A stretch of DNA of 64,000 bases, from NCBI GenBank assembly GCA_051362555.1, contig CM120646.1, positions 5,146,001 through 5,210,000 on the forward strand. The letters run 5' to 3'. The notes under the pieces were generated by a model. The model was not told the origin of the DNA. It saw only the letters and a list, made by a program, of their open reading frames with translations, and did no database searches. The translations under genes were made by a program, and so were the position numbers. Source of the DNA: Lingula anatina. Taxonomy: Eukaryota > Animalia > Brachiopoda. Shown piece by piece: positions 11,201 to 23,367 of the stretch. Numbering within the stretch: the first letter of the stretch is position 1; every line of letters starts with the position of its first letter.

Positions 11201-13841
11201 CCTGGTAAACCTATGAGAGTTCTCGTCCAATAGTTAAGGCATGAATTAACACCAGCACAGTGCATGTTGATCGTGACCAAAATAAATGTACACGGCATGA
11301 TCAGCGCTAGACTGAACATTCATCAGCTGTGTTTTGTCATAATAATACAGTAATAATTCACCTGGATACCCCCATTTCCTTATGCAGGTGCTCTGATAGA
11401 CATCAAAATATTGGAGGTAAACCATTTCAATATTAACCTATTGAATGAAGAAAAAACTTAAGGTGATCCTTATTTTTTCTCGTCAGATAATAGCTTTATG
11501 TTGCTTGCTGAAGATGCCTCTTTCCATAAATGTATCTTAAGCAAGTTTGAATGATTTTCACCATTACAGTACAATTTATATTATAACATTGTATGAACAT
11601 CATCATTTTCATCGCCATCATTAATTTTATTATTACTTTCATTATTACAATGATTATTATTTGCAATGTGAATATGTACAACACGCGTGTAAATGTGTGC
11701 CTTTCTTACAGGTAATAAACTGTGGCCTTAGTATATGTATAATATATGTACATGTATTAAGTGATATTGTTATACCAGTATCTGTGATGAGGAAATAAAG
11801 ATGTAAGTGAGGATTCCATTGAAAATACTGTTTAGGGTGTGATCATAATGCTTTTTAAACCTGGAAGTCACTTAAAATTAAAAAAAAACGACTGTCTACG
11901 TTGCTACTGCAATGAAATCATATCAGCAGTAAAAACTGACGGATCGGCGGAAATTTGTCCAATTTTCCAAAATGATTATCTCGTGTTTGGTCATGTTTGT
12001 GCTTCCGTATCGTGCAGACAGGGCCTAAGCGCATGCTCCTGATTTGCAGCAAAACAGCATTATAGAAGAGGGCGAGAGGCAGTCGCAGCTGGTAGAACTC
12101 GATGGCTCAAGCAGAAGCGTGATGCTGAACAGAGTCATGCACTCGTGCGTGTACATGCACCTGATCGTAGTCTCTTTACTTCGCAGACCACAACCGTAAC
12201 AACTCTGCCAACTGAAGATCCGTAACAATATTTAGAAGATGTGTTTTGATGCATGATGATTTAAAGAATAAGTTTAAAGAAAAGTAACACAGACTCTAAG
12301 CATGAGCAAGGTACCTTCAATCATATTAATTTAGGTAATATAAAATGGTCCAAACTAGACGCAAACTAGTTTATCTTTAGACTGTAAATAGTGACTCTTG
12401 CAGAATACCAAAGAAATTCCATTTGAATGGCATAATATCATCTAGGAAGAGGATTTTATGCTAAAAGTATGTATCAAAACAAAATGGAGATAGGAGAATA
12501 GATAGAAATATAGTTAGCCCCTTTAAAGGAAATATTTTACCATGGTATACCGGTATTAGTACGTAAAAAATATGACGTGTACAATGGGAACTTGATCATC
12601 ATCTGAGGCAGATAGAAGAGAAGCCCACTCTTAGACTTGGTCATTATTCATTACGGTTCCACTGTTGCTACATCTGAAATACCTATATCTTCTGAGGCAG
12701 CCACAATCTTACTGAGACAATAACTTTATTCAGAAGGTGAACTTTGTTAGTCCTTCTCACCTAGAATTCAATAAAGCCTATTTAACTGGCTTGATGGAAT
12801 ACCAGGAGTTTGTTGTTCTTTGCCTGCTTTATCACCCCCGTGTCATGAATCCTATATAAAAAGACGAAAAAGAAAGAGAGAAAAACCTCGTGACTGATGC
12901 ACTCGCAACAAGGTGCATCACAGAGTCGTCTTCCAGTACACGCCAAGTTCAGGCCTACTCAACTACCAGACTCGGCACCGAATGATCCTGAATTCACCGG
13001 TAGATCAGACCACACTACCCGTTTTCAAGGCGTGTGTCAGATCGCATTACACAGTATCATACCCTGAACAAATTTTGAGTGGTGATGCAATGCTTTTCAA
13101 CCCCGCTGAGAATCGTCACTATCACATCGCGTACTAGGCAAGAGCGGTGTCGCGTCTGATACTGTGAAATGCGATCTGATACACACCTTGAAAACGGGTA
13201 GTGTGGTCCGATTTACCGGTGAATTTAGGATCATTCGGTGCCGAGTCTGGTAGTTGGGTAGGCCTGAAGTTCACGCGGGCACTTATAAAGCACTGCCCGG
13301 AGAGCGTCAACTACCATTGGTGGGACGTCATGACAATGTGACGCAGAATGTTCAAGAGAGAAACTCCCTGCAGCGACCAATCGATGCCTGAGGCAGGAGT
13401 CTCTGCACTGAGGGAATTAGTTTCCTTTTATAAAAATTGTACTGTTAAAAGTAAGTCGATTCTGACGATTTTATTTACAGTTAATTAGTTTTAAAGTTCA
13501 ATAATAGCGGAAATTGAGTTTATAATAATTATTTAAGTTTTAACTTGTTCATTCAGTGGGTTAACATTACCACGGCCAGTACCATCAGGGCAGGGTTACC
13601 TTGGTGAACGGACACAGTTGTTTACCATCTCTGTCTCCGGTCTCTCGTTATTATGTCCAAGAGCAGAGTAAGCAGTAAACGTGGGTAAGCAAAAGCGAAA
13701 AGAACGAAAATAAATTGGCTTTTGCAGTTGTACTTCATTATTCTTCAGATTTATTTGTCCCCTTTCTGGTGCGTCGGGACTTCTTCAAACAGCCCTGTAT
13801 AGCACGGTTTTCCTGTACATGTACGTGCGTTAGTGAAAAAA
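5271..13841. repeat. ~4.2-kb direct tandem duplication (unit 1 ~5271-9464, unit 2 ~9465-13841)
   Basis: Both units start atgtccgtccgttggaaacggagtagatgg and end gtacgtgcgttagtgaaaaa. They are colinear with scattered substitutions and indels (e.g. ORFs 7951-8154 and 12025-12228 differ by 1 aa). Confidence 0.95.
12950..13266. mobile_element. 317-bp foldback MITE (family B), CAGG termini, 5-bp TSD AAGTT (hAT5-like)
   Basis: ~100-bp TIRs caggcctactcaactaccagactcggc...gccgagtctggtagttgggtaggcctg. It is absent from duplication unit 1 (empty site gccaagttcatgc near 8890), and AAGTT is duplicated at 12945-12949 and 13267-13271. Confidence 0.9.
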
Positions 13842-14508
13842 AATAAATGAGAAAAATACACTTTGTGATCGAATGTGCATCACCAAAAATCAAACCAACG
13901 GCCAGCAAAAATGGATAAACCGCGCATGCGCGTCATTATCTGTGGAAAGGTGAATGCAAGACCGTTTTTACACTGGTAACCCTATGTTTAACATGCAATT
14001 ACTTGCTCTACTGATTTGATAATTTACTTATTTCTTCCAATTATTGGAGGCTTATTCACAATTAACTTCTCAACATTAGTATACACGTGCACACCCTTCA
14101 AACAACAATTAAAGCAAGTGGATTATACTTACTAAGGTCAGACTTCTAACTTATCTTACTTGAACATTTTTAATAGATATCGTGCGGGTAGTTACTACAG
14201 CGTATTCAGAACAGCTGATCCTCGGACTTAATATGGCAGACCAAGTTAAAAGCGATACTGCTAACCCCCTGGTGGGCTCCCTGCCTCCACACCAGCAGTC
14301 TCTGCAGGGGAGTAGCAATTAAATCTCGGAGCCGAGATTTAACCAGTTTACATGCACGCGTCGAGGCGGGGAGACCATCAGGGAATCAAGCAGCTTGCTT
14401 TTAAGCGGAGTCGGCCATATTTATTCGGCGGATCAGTTAGTTAGTTGGCCATATTTAGTCGGCGGATCAGTGGGCCATATTTAGTCGGTGGATCAATTAG
14501 TCCGCGGA

Positions 14509-17500
14509 TCATCTGTTCTGAATACGTGTTAAGTTGGTTTTGCTACGACTGAATAACTCTCTGAACTGTGATCTGAATTGTGAACCACTAATCAAAAATA
14601 TCAATAAATTGAAAGCATGGTATGACAGCTCAGCAATTCTACTAACATAATGAAGATAGACCAAAGTCCAGTCAGTGGGTCCCGTCGATACATATGCCGT
14701 TTCAACCATGTTAACGAACGCTGTCGTACACATAATTAGAAAACAAAGAGACGAAGCCAACAAAGAAACCGTGCTAATTATTTCTTTTGCCCTTTTCTCA
14801 CTCCCTCTTCCAGATGTAAGTTCTTTTCGACTTTTCCTTTGAGCCCAGATGAAGTGAATTATCTTCATGTTCATTCCAGTAATGGCGAGTAACATCATGG
14901 CTCTTCCGGCGATGCGTATTGTTATTACAATCCCTAAGCGCCTTTGCCAATCTTTGTATTCATAAACGGCTACCACACATGGGGCGTCGGTGTAGATTAA
15001 GCTTGCAAAGGCGACCGCCCCACATGCTACTGTTGCGGCAAAAATCATCTGCAAAAATGAAAGAATTGTCAGCTTCAGAAATTGGTTCATAATATTATAA
15101 AATTTCTAGTAGCATTATGGGAGCTGGTAGTTATATGCTATTCAGTAAAATCATTGCTTGTAGGTTGATGTTGTGCAATGTTAAAAGAAAATAATTTATC
15201 AACTTACACTGTTGGTCAAAAAGTTTTCCCACCTTCAATAGAGGGTACCAGAGGGGACAGTAATGTGCCGGAAGTGTGACGTCAAATGGTGTAAGACGTG
15301 AACCTGAGTGGTCATTTTTATCTGGAGGTGAACGGGAATGAAGACGTGGGTTCAGAGAAAAAAAGCAGTTTTCCAACAAGAAAGTGAGATAACATTTATT
15401 TTTCTTTTGGTACTGCTAACTACTTCCTGGTTTTCACAGGGTCCTTCAAGTACTCTAAAACATCGTTATAATTGCGGCACATACCACAAACACCCAAAAC
15501 AATTAGATATGGCATATCAGATTACATACATGCAAAAAGTCCACATGACAACGATTAACAGCCTTGCGGGAATTCTTTTCCCTTGACGCTATTTATCGCG
15601 CTGTCGGTCGCTGCAGCATATATTTCAAAACAAATTGACTGCAAATTAAGCACGATTTTGCACCTTCATGTATCGTAACATGTTTTCATATCATGTACCT
15701 TTTATGTCTACAAGTATAAGTATTTTCTCCCAAAAATACCAAAAGAAAAAATGTTATTTCACTATATTGTTGGAAAAAATGCTTTTTTCTCTGAGCCCAC
15801 ATCTTCACTCCCGTTCACCTCCAGCTAAAAAATTACCACTCAGCTTCACGTCTTACATCACTACACGTCACTTCCGGCACAATCCTGTCTCCTCCGGTAC
15901 CCTCTATAACATGTGATTTTTCTTACAAATAATCACCTCACAGCTGTCAATCGTTTTAAACATTTATTTTTTATTAAGGACACCATATCTAACATGACTG
16001 ATGGTACATACCGGTACTCCAAAGAGACTTTATTATAAAAAAACACTAATTTATAAAAGTGTCCCCTAAACGTTATAATAATAATAATAATAAATCTGGC
16101 AACCCAAAAGGGTTAGACGGATTCAAAGACAAATTGGCACCTTCAGGTAAAATCACTAAATGACAAAGCTAAGATATCATTACTGGTACATGTACCTGTA
16201 CTTCAAATACTTACCGCTTTGAAAAAAGTCTTCCTTGCGCATATGAAACTGGTCTTGAAGGGAAAACAGACGAAAAGAAACCTGTCAAGTGTTATGACGA
16301 AGATGACAACTGCGGCCCAGTCTGACGTGAAAATATCAGAAATGGCTACCAAGTTGCAGACGGCAAGTTTTAGCGAGTATAAATTATCAGTCTGGTTAGA
16401 ATTGTTCACTATCGCCAGCACTACCTCACTCAACGCCCGAAGACAGTGCGCTATGCCAAGAGTGCAAGTCAAGAAGGACTTGGTTTCTGATCTAGATTTG
16501 AGTTTCCTATCACCGACCAGAACAACAACAACGAGGATAATGTTGCTGGAAAGGGACAGCGGGAAAAGAGCGTAAACAGTATATATATATACATTTAACA
16601 TCCTGGCTAATTTTTCTTGGTCCCAATGGAATCTTTTGGTCAACCAGCTGATGCATTCTAGTGGATTTGTTTTTATTACCATTTCCAGGGCGCGCGGTTT
16701 GATTTTATCCACGTCCATTGGACATACGCGCTTTGCTAATTCCTGCGTATTATTTAAAACGTCCGCCGGAACTTCACCCGGTCGGAAAGGACAGGAAAGA
16801 ACTTCTTCGCGATTTATACCAAAATCTCTTGATAAATTCTGAAAGTCTGATCGGATGCAAAGATACAACTCAATAGTTGTTTTTTCATCTCCTAGTTTAT
16901 TTCCGGACAAACATTGTTCTTCGTTCACTCCGTGTAGCACAGTAGCCACAAAAAGCTCCTCTGACATCTCGACTATCCCGCAGTATTCAGAATATGTACT
17001 GTTAGAGAACCAAACGTCAGCCAATCGAAAACTGTCTGTCATTCCGCTTGAAACCCTCGGTGAGCAATAGAAATACCTATCTTTGATAGCGGTTTTCAAA
17101 TCTGATGAAGAAAAATCCTGATTAACATGAACCTCTTGCATTTGTGGCGATGCTTTGATGCACAAACGCGTGCTTTCGGTAGCTGTGCCCGTAGCGGTAA
17201 AGTTTTCACTTTGAGTAAGGTTATGGAGATGACTTGAAATATTTATCTTCTCATTATCGGTTTCGTAAACGATTTGAGACACGCGCTCCAGTCCATCTTG
17301 TATCAAACCGTCCACCGTTTTCCTAAAGTCAACAAATGTACTTCTTTTTGCGCTGTTCGTCAGCTGAGTGCAATTTTCTCGTTCAACGCCCATTAAAACA
17401 ATACTCCTGCGCCTCGTGTCCAACATATTGTTGTAATCAAAGAGACACGATGAGTCCATCGTTTTCAGGGCGACTTCTACACTGTTGACTGGCATTCCTA

Positions 17501-17666
17501 ATGTTGCAGTCACCTGGTCGTACCATTGCCTCGTTAGGTTGAAGTGACAAGTGGAGAGGACTTGAATTTTTCCCACTCGCCGCGAAATAGGATTTTCACC
17601 AAACAAATTGTTAATTTGAAACATTGATAGTTGCATAATGCAAATGGGAATAATGTAAAACACCAT
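14509..17666 (-). CDS. Orphan class A (rhodopsin-like, peptide-receptor-like) GPCR with a long Cys-rich N-terminal ectodomain, ~663 aa, 2 coding exons
   Basis: Exon A 16215-17666 (Kozak AAAGCCATGG; ectodomain, TM1-3, ITLDRFLFVCFPFK; donor gtaagt) and exon B 14509-15048 (acceptor ttttgcag, phase 0; TM4-7, helix 8 SGSQFRSQF). There are seven hydrophobic segments. An acceptor-like site near 17698 allows an upstream exon. Confidence 0.85.
15239..15906. mobile_element. Foldback MITE with ~170-bp TIRs in the GPCR intron
   Basis: tagagggtacc...ggtaccctcta termini; 15241-15417 is the reverse complement of ~15749-15904. The superfamily is not resolved. Confidence 0.8.
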
Positions 17667-17883
17667 GGCTTTCGATGTAACAGTAGTTCTTAATGCGCTA
17701 AATAAAAGAAATGTGCGAAGCGTGCCTTATTTATACGGCATGCCCTGTATTAATGTAAGGATGCCTGTCATTGGTAAATACTATCAGCCTCTAATAAGCT
17801 TCAAGACAGCAAAATTCATATGCATGATGATAAACGTGAACATTCCTTGTGTAATCCCATGTGCAAGTTAATCTATTGAAAAA

Positions 17884-17884
<1 letters not shown>

Positions 17885-17921
<37 letters not shown>
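17885..17921. repeat. (AAT)n microsatellite
   Basis: Read directly; a similar tract lies at ~36038-36080. Confidence 0.9.
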
Positions 17922-17922
<1 letters not shown>

Positions 17923-18336
17923 TGTAAGTCTTGAAAACGCGCTAGCGGCGCTACACATACATCTTAGCTCTGCTTACAATAACTATTACATATTAAATTT
18001 AAAATTAGTACAAAGTTTAGTCTGAAAATGATAAAAAAGTAATTAAAAGGTAAGAGATACATAAATTAGCCATATTATTCTTTGAGTAAAAAGGTTTTCT
18101 AAATTCTTCCGTTTATTTGTCGTTATTTAAGAAGACCAAAGTTAAGACCTAAGACACAAATATAATGGCACTGAAATGACAAAACTAAATGGCTCATCCA
18201 CAGAAGCACGCAGTTGACTGTGGAAACAACACTCGATGCTTGCGTTTGTGGTCCATGCGCTAGACCTTCAAATTTCTCCATCTTGTTCAGGCAGCTCTAG
18301 ACAAGTGCTCTCCTCACGTGGATATCATGTGCTGTG

Positions 18337-18830
18337 CAGGCCTACCCAACTACCAGACTCGGCGCATAAGGATCCTGAATTAACCGGTATATCGGACCAC
18401 ACTACCCGTTTTCAAGGTGTGTGTCAGATCGCATTTCGGGGTATCACACCCCTGAACAAATTTACTTTAGAGTACTCTATTTTATTGTCTCTATGGGGGT
18501 ATATGGGGACTTTACGACATTCGGTTTGAATGCTTTAACCAATTTTTTTTTTGCACTGTATCAGATTAATGTGGCAGTCTAAGGTTGTTCTAGGTGGTTT
18601 TCAAATTAATGCACCCGGCTTTAAAATCATATGGCGATTTTACGACAATCGTTTACTATATATATATATATCCATTCAAAGTGACAGCCGAGCATGGGCT
18701 CATCCTGTCGGTGTTCTGACTGATACTCCGAAATGCGATCTGACACACACCTTGAAAACGGGTAGTGTGGTCCGATATACCGGTTAATTCAGGGTCCTTA
18801 TGTGCCGAGTCTGGTAGTTGGGTAGGCCTG
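18337..18830. mobile_element. 494-bp foldback MITE, family B
   Basis: Same CAGGCCTACCCAACTACCAGACTCGGC TIRs as 12950-13266 with a different interior; the TSD is not clean. Confidence 0.88.
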
Positions 18831-20435
18831 TTGTTGTTGAGCCATATATATATATTAACCGCCTTATATATGTCAATGTCAGTAATGAGCCAAATTCGTA
18901 TTTAAGAATTAAAATCTCAGAGCGCTGGCTCAACTGAAGCATTGATAAACAGCTAGGTCACAATGTTTCTCCAATGCAATAAAGCACGCGTAAATCGTCC
19001 GTTACTTTAGTATTATATAAATACTCAAAATTTGATGACAATTCAAAATGAAGAAGAGAAATGAAAACAAAAGGAGCCAAGAGTAAGAAAATTAACAATT
19101 GAGGTTTAAAGATTTAGATCTTGTTTGCAAGTATTGATATAAAATGAAAACATAGCCAACGAAGGACAGACATGACAAAGTAACTGTAATTCCGTATGTG
19201 CTGATTAACATATAAGTGCACACACCAAAAAATATAAGAAAGTTTATTCTAAATATGCAGGGAAATGCGTTTATAAATGCAGTAGGAATGCACAATAATT
19301 AAAACCCTTCACAGATGTGCGTGAATGCGTGCGTGCGTGCGTGTGATTTCAATTAGCAAATGTTGTTAATGGTATAAAGACTCAAAGGGTAGTGTTCATC
19401 AACTTTTTCTTATTTTGTTTTATCTGTTGTAAGTTTCAGGCACACGTGTTCAAGACAGTCTAGCCACGCCAAGCTGACATCGTATTCATCAAAAGCGAAG
19501 AAAACAAAAAAGTGTGTTTTGAGCCATTTAATCCAAGTCTTCACTTCAACAAAGTGTTTTTACGTTCCAATTAAGGCGTTTCAAAAACCATGAATGATGT
19601 TAAAGTTTTAGTCTTTTCCAGAAAAACGAGCAGTTAAATCTCAGGATGATTGAGGCTACAATGGGTATAGGTATATAAATGGCCTCACATGGATTGCACA
19701 AATACCCTTTAAATAAAATGTAAACTTGATGTGTTTGAATGTATTGTTTGTCAATAAGCAAATGGTACGGAGGCACAAAGGGTAATGTTAACCATATTTT
19801 TCTCATACTGTTTTATCTGTTGTATGTATCAGACGCATGTGTTCAGGGCAGCTCTGCCACACCAGGCGATGGCCAGCAAACTCACGTCGTTGTCTTCAAA
19901 AGCGAGGTAAACAAAATGTTTGTTTTGAGCTATGTAATATAAGCTTTCACTTTTTAACACTCCGCTTAATGCATGTAATTTGATAGCAAGACTATCTAGC
20001 AAAACGATCAACTGTACTGGAACTCTGACATTTGTTTTATTTAATTTTCAGGACTCCAGTTGTTGAAAAGGAATGGATGCATTATTTGTTACGAGAATTA
20101 AGAGAATGCGACGTCAGTTTAAAGGATAAAAGCAAATTAATCGACAGTCTTTTTATCGTTGACGTGTAGACTAAATAAATGAAATGAGGTTACCTACTGA
20201 TTAATCTTTATAAATTCAGGTTCCCCCAAAATTATTAATATCATGACAAATATTAAATTTAGCAATCATTCCATTTTTGATATGCCTCAAACTACCAGCA
20301 GTGCAGTAACATTCCTTTTATATGATTTTTCTCAAAGATACGTCTGTGGAGCTGTGCAAAAGCATTTCTCTTCTGTGATATTCCTCATCACGACCTCTGC
20401 GGTACACTGTTGAAGTTTTCCATTTTAACATTTAA

Positions 20436-22571
20436 GGCCGGTGATAGGGTTAAATACGCTTAAAATCATGTTTTTAAGTTTTTTGTGTGTTTATATTAAT
20501 CAAAAAAGTATCTAACGTTGGATGTAATAATTTTTATGAATTTGCATCGCAAAATGTGTCTTTTGATGAGTTTTTCAACCGGCACGCGCCCCAGTCAGGC
20601 TGACAACTAAGCCACGCCTCTGTTACTAAGGGCCGTTGCCATGAGGGGGTCGGAGCACAGTTAATGAGTTATAAGCCGATTACGTGTGCGGTAATAGGTC
20701 ATAAGTCTTACATCAGCTTAGCAGCGAAGAAGTCTAGCTAGTACACTATGGGGAAGAGAAAAGTTCGTGTTAAAAGTCCATTTCCAGAGGAAAGAAAGAA
20801 AATTTTGAAAGAGAGTAGGGCCTATGCGTGGCGGTTGGGGAAAACCGGCCCTATTTGTTCATTCGGATAACTGATTTCTGTATATCTAATAAATGGGTGA
20901 AAGAATTAATCGAATCGCCTAAATTAATTGACAAATGAAAGAAAAATCGATAAATAAATTTTAAAAAAACGCTAAAAAGGATACTTTTAGCCTAGCTCTT
21001 AATTTTTGCGATATATATCGGCGAGCGTATCTGCGACACGTTACGAAACCGGAAATGATTGTTGGTCGCCGTTTGCAAAAGGTAAATCTAATGTTGACAA
21101 AATAAAATTTTATTCTCCAAGATATGATATCATGGAGCTTGAGAGACACGCGAAAAATTGTGATGTGAATGGCCAAACGAGAGAAATCCAAGCAAGGGTT
21201 GACAGCATGATTAAAACAATAAAAATAAAAACACATGTTAGCGGCTTTGCATTTTGCGATGTTTGGAGAAAAACAATTTCAAAATCACTGATCAAGCGGG
21301 AAGAAAGAGTTCAAAATGTATCCAAAAATGAAAATCACAAAAAGACCCCGAAAATAGTCAAGACTAGCAGGTAAAAAGCAAATAGGGTCTTAGTGTCCTG
21401 TGTGTAAAAATAAAATATTTATTCAAAAGCCTTCTCTCAGCCACTTTTACCGCTGAATCTTGTGCAGCTGAGCGTCTCCCCTTTATCTTAGCTGGCATTT
21501 TGAGAAATACCGCTATGAAGTAATCACTGGATTTTTCCGTTGATCTGACGATTACCAAGTGTCGTGCAAAATAATCCTGCAGCGTTACCCGTCAAAAAAC
21601 TCGTATTAACACAAGTGACGGACACTTGCTCTCGACACAGTTTTATCTGATCACTTTGCCGATAACAAAGAAGGAATCTCTCAGGTAAAATTACTCGATT
21701 GCCGAGGAAGAGCCATTGAAACGTTCAAATGCAACTTCACACCTCTTAATTGCGGTTAAACGTAATCGCCTTTGTTAGCGCTTCCTTCTACATATCCTTG
21801 ACACCCTACGGGGCATCACTAGGCTAGGGCCCTCTCCAGAGCTGTCAATCAAAATGGCGGCACGCTTACATGCCTAACGAGTGGTCGGAAAATGTAACAA
21901 AAGCACGATTTTCTGCCCCTTCAAAGCACCCAAACAAAATATTTTTAGATGACAATAAGCAATGGTTCCATCTGAGCGTATAACCGATAACAGGTAAATT
22001 TGCCAGCTAAGCATTTGACTAATAAGCCCTGTTAACCAACCTGTGAACGTTTTTGGCTGTTTTAACAGCTTTCTATATTGACGAGATAAGTGAATCGCTG
22101 CCAAGTATATCTCACTATCTGAGCAACCGATCGTTACAAAAGTTGCACCTATTGTTGTTAGGAATGTGGACTACAGCATGATATCAGGGGTTTAAGAGGA
22201 AATTGTTTGTTTGAAAGTTATCGCCTTTTGAAGTGAATAACCCATTGAAATATGGGCTGATTTAACGTAAAAGATGATAAAATCAAAAGTAAATAGTTTA
22301 AGACAATTCCCTGGTACCCCGCTGTAGTGCTTTCACCCAGCTTTATGAGGCCTTTTGAATCACTTGAATAGCTGTCTTGGTTATAGAGAAAATCCCAATA
22401 CCGAAAACGGCATTTTTCCCCTCAAATTGGCGCCAGAGCGTCATCCGTTGGACACTGTACTTAATCCCCGTCTTTAATTGGCCTTTTGGGAAGTTTGTTT
22501 TAATTTTTTATAAAAACTTATAAGCCCAGAGCTTTGTTTCTATGACTTTTGTCCTTTTACTATTAGTGGCC
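20436..22571. mobile_element. ~2.1-kb non-autonomous DNA transposon with TTAA flanks (Kolobok-like)
   Basis: ttaa|ggccggtgatag...ctattagtggcc|ttaa. The flanks resemble uninterrupted paralogous sequence near 40470-40505. The interior is richer in CpG and has short basic ORF remnants (MGKRKVRVKSPF from 20748; 21006-21374) but no intact transposase. Confidence 0.6.
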
Positions 22572-23367
22572 TTAACACAGGTGATGCTAAGTCAAGTGCG
22601 CACCAGTGCAGCGGTGCCTAATTTGACCTGTATTCCCATTCACTGCAAACATTGTCGAATTTTTTACACAATTTATGAATTTTCTTCGCAGAAGTAAGTC
22701 AAATAGTAACCCAGCAAAACATTCTTTTAAATATTTTAGCATGAAATAAATTGTTAATTTAGCAGAGTATGGCTTTCTGTTAATACAAAATGTATACCTT
22801 CACCAAACGATGGCGGTCAAAGATGAATTGTGTTGTTTAAATAGAATATTTTCAAAGGAGAGCTAATGCAATTAAGCGCAGAAAATAACCCTAACGATTA
22901 ATACCGAAGAACTACATCTTTATTTTTTGTGTGAGCAGCACTTCATTTTTTTTTTCAATTAAGGATTAGGTATTTTTGCTCTGGATGTGTCAGATTTTAT
23001 ACTACATGTATCTTCCAGTAAAAGAAGTTTATAGAAATTAAATTTTAGTACTAGTGCTTTGAGATGCACAAGCTATTAAGTGCGCGGTAAAAACATTTAG
23101 TATCATTATTATTATTATTATTATTGTTGTTGTTGTTGTTGCTGTTGCAGTTGTTTATCGTTGCTACTAAAAGAACCCCTTACACATGTGACACCTCCCT
23201 CCTTATACCATTAAATTGTTTTCGAATAAATCTATTTGACACAAATCGTGGAGGTGCATGCTTTTATTAGGTATATATCAAAAATCGAAACAATGAAGTT
23301 GGCCATATGACTGTTTTACGCTGTGTCACTGTTTTCAATTTAAGCATGCGTGTGTATTCCAAAAGGT

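Noticed and set aside
16219-17070. Three + strand ORFs of 68-118 aa
   Set aside because: They are antisense shadows of the GPCR exon.
21006-21374. 122-aa ORF as a host gene
   Set aside because: It has a non-ATG start and no recognisable domain, and lies inside a TTAA-flanked element.
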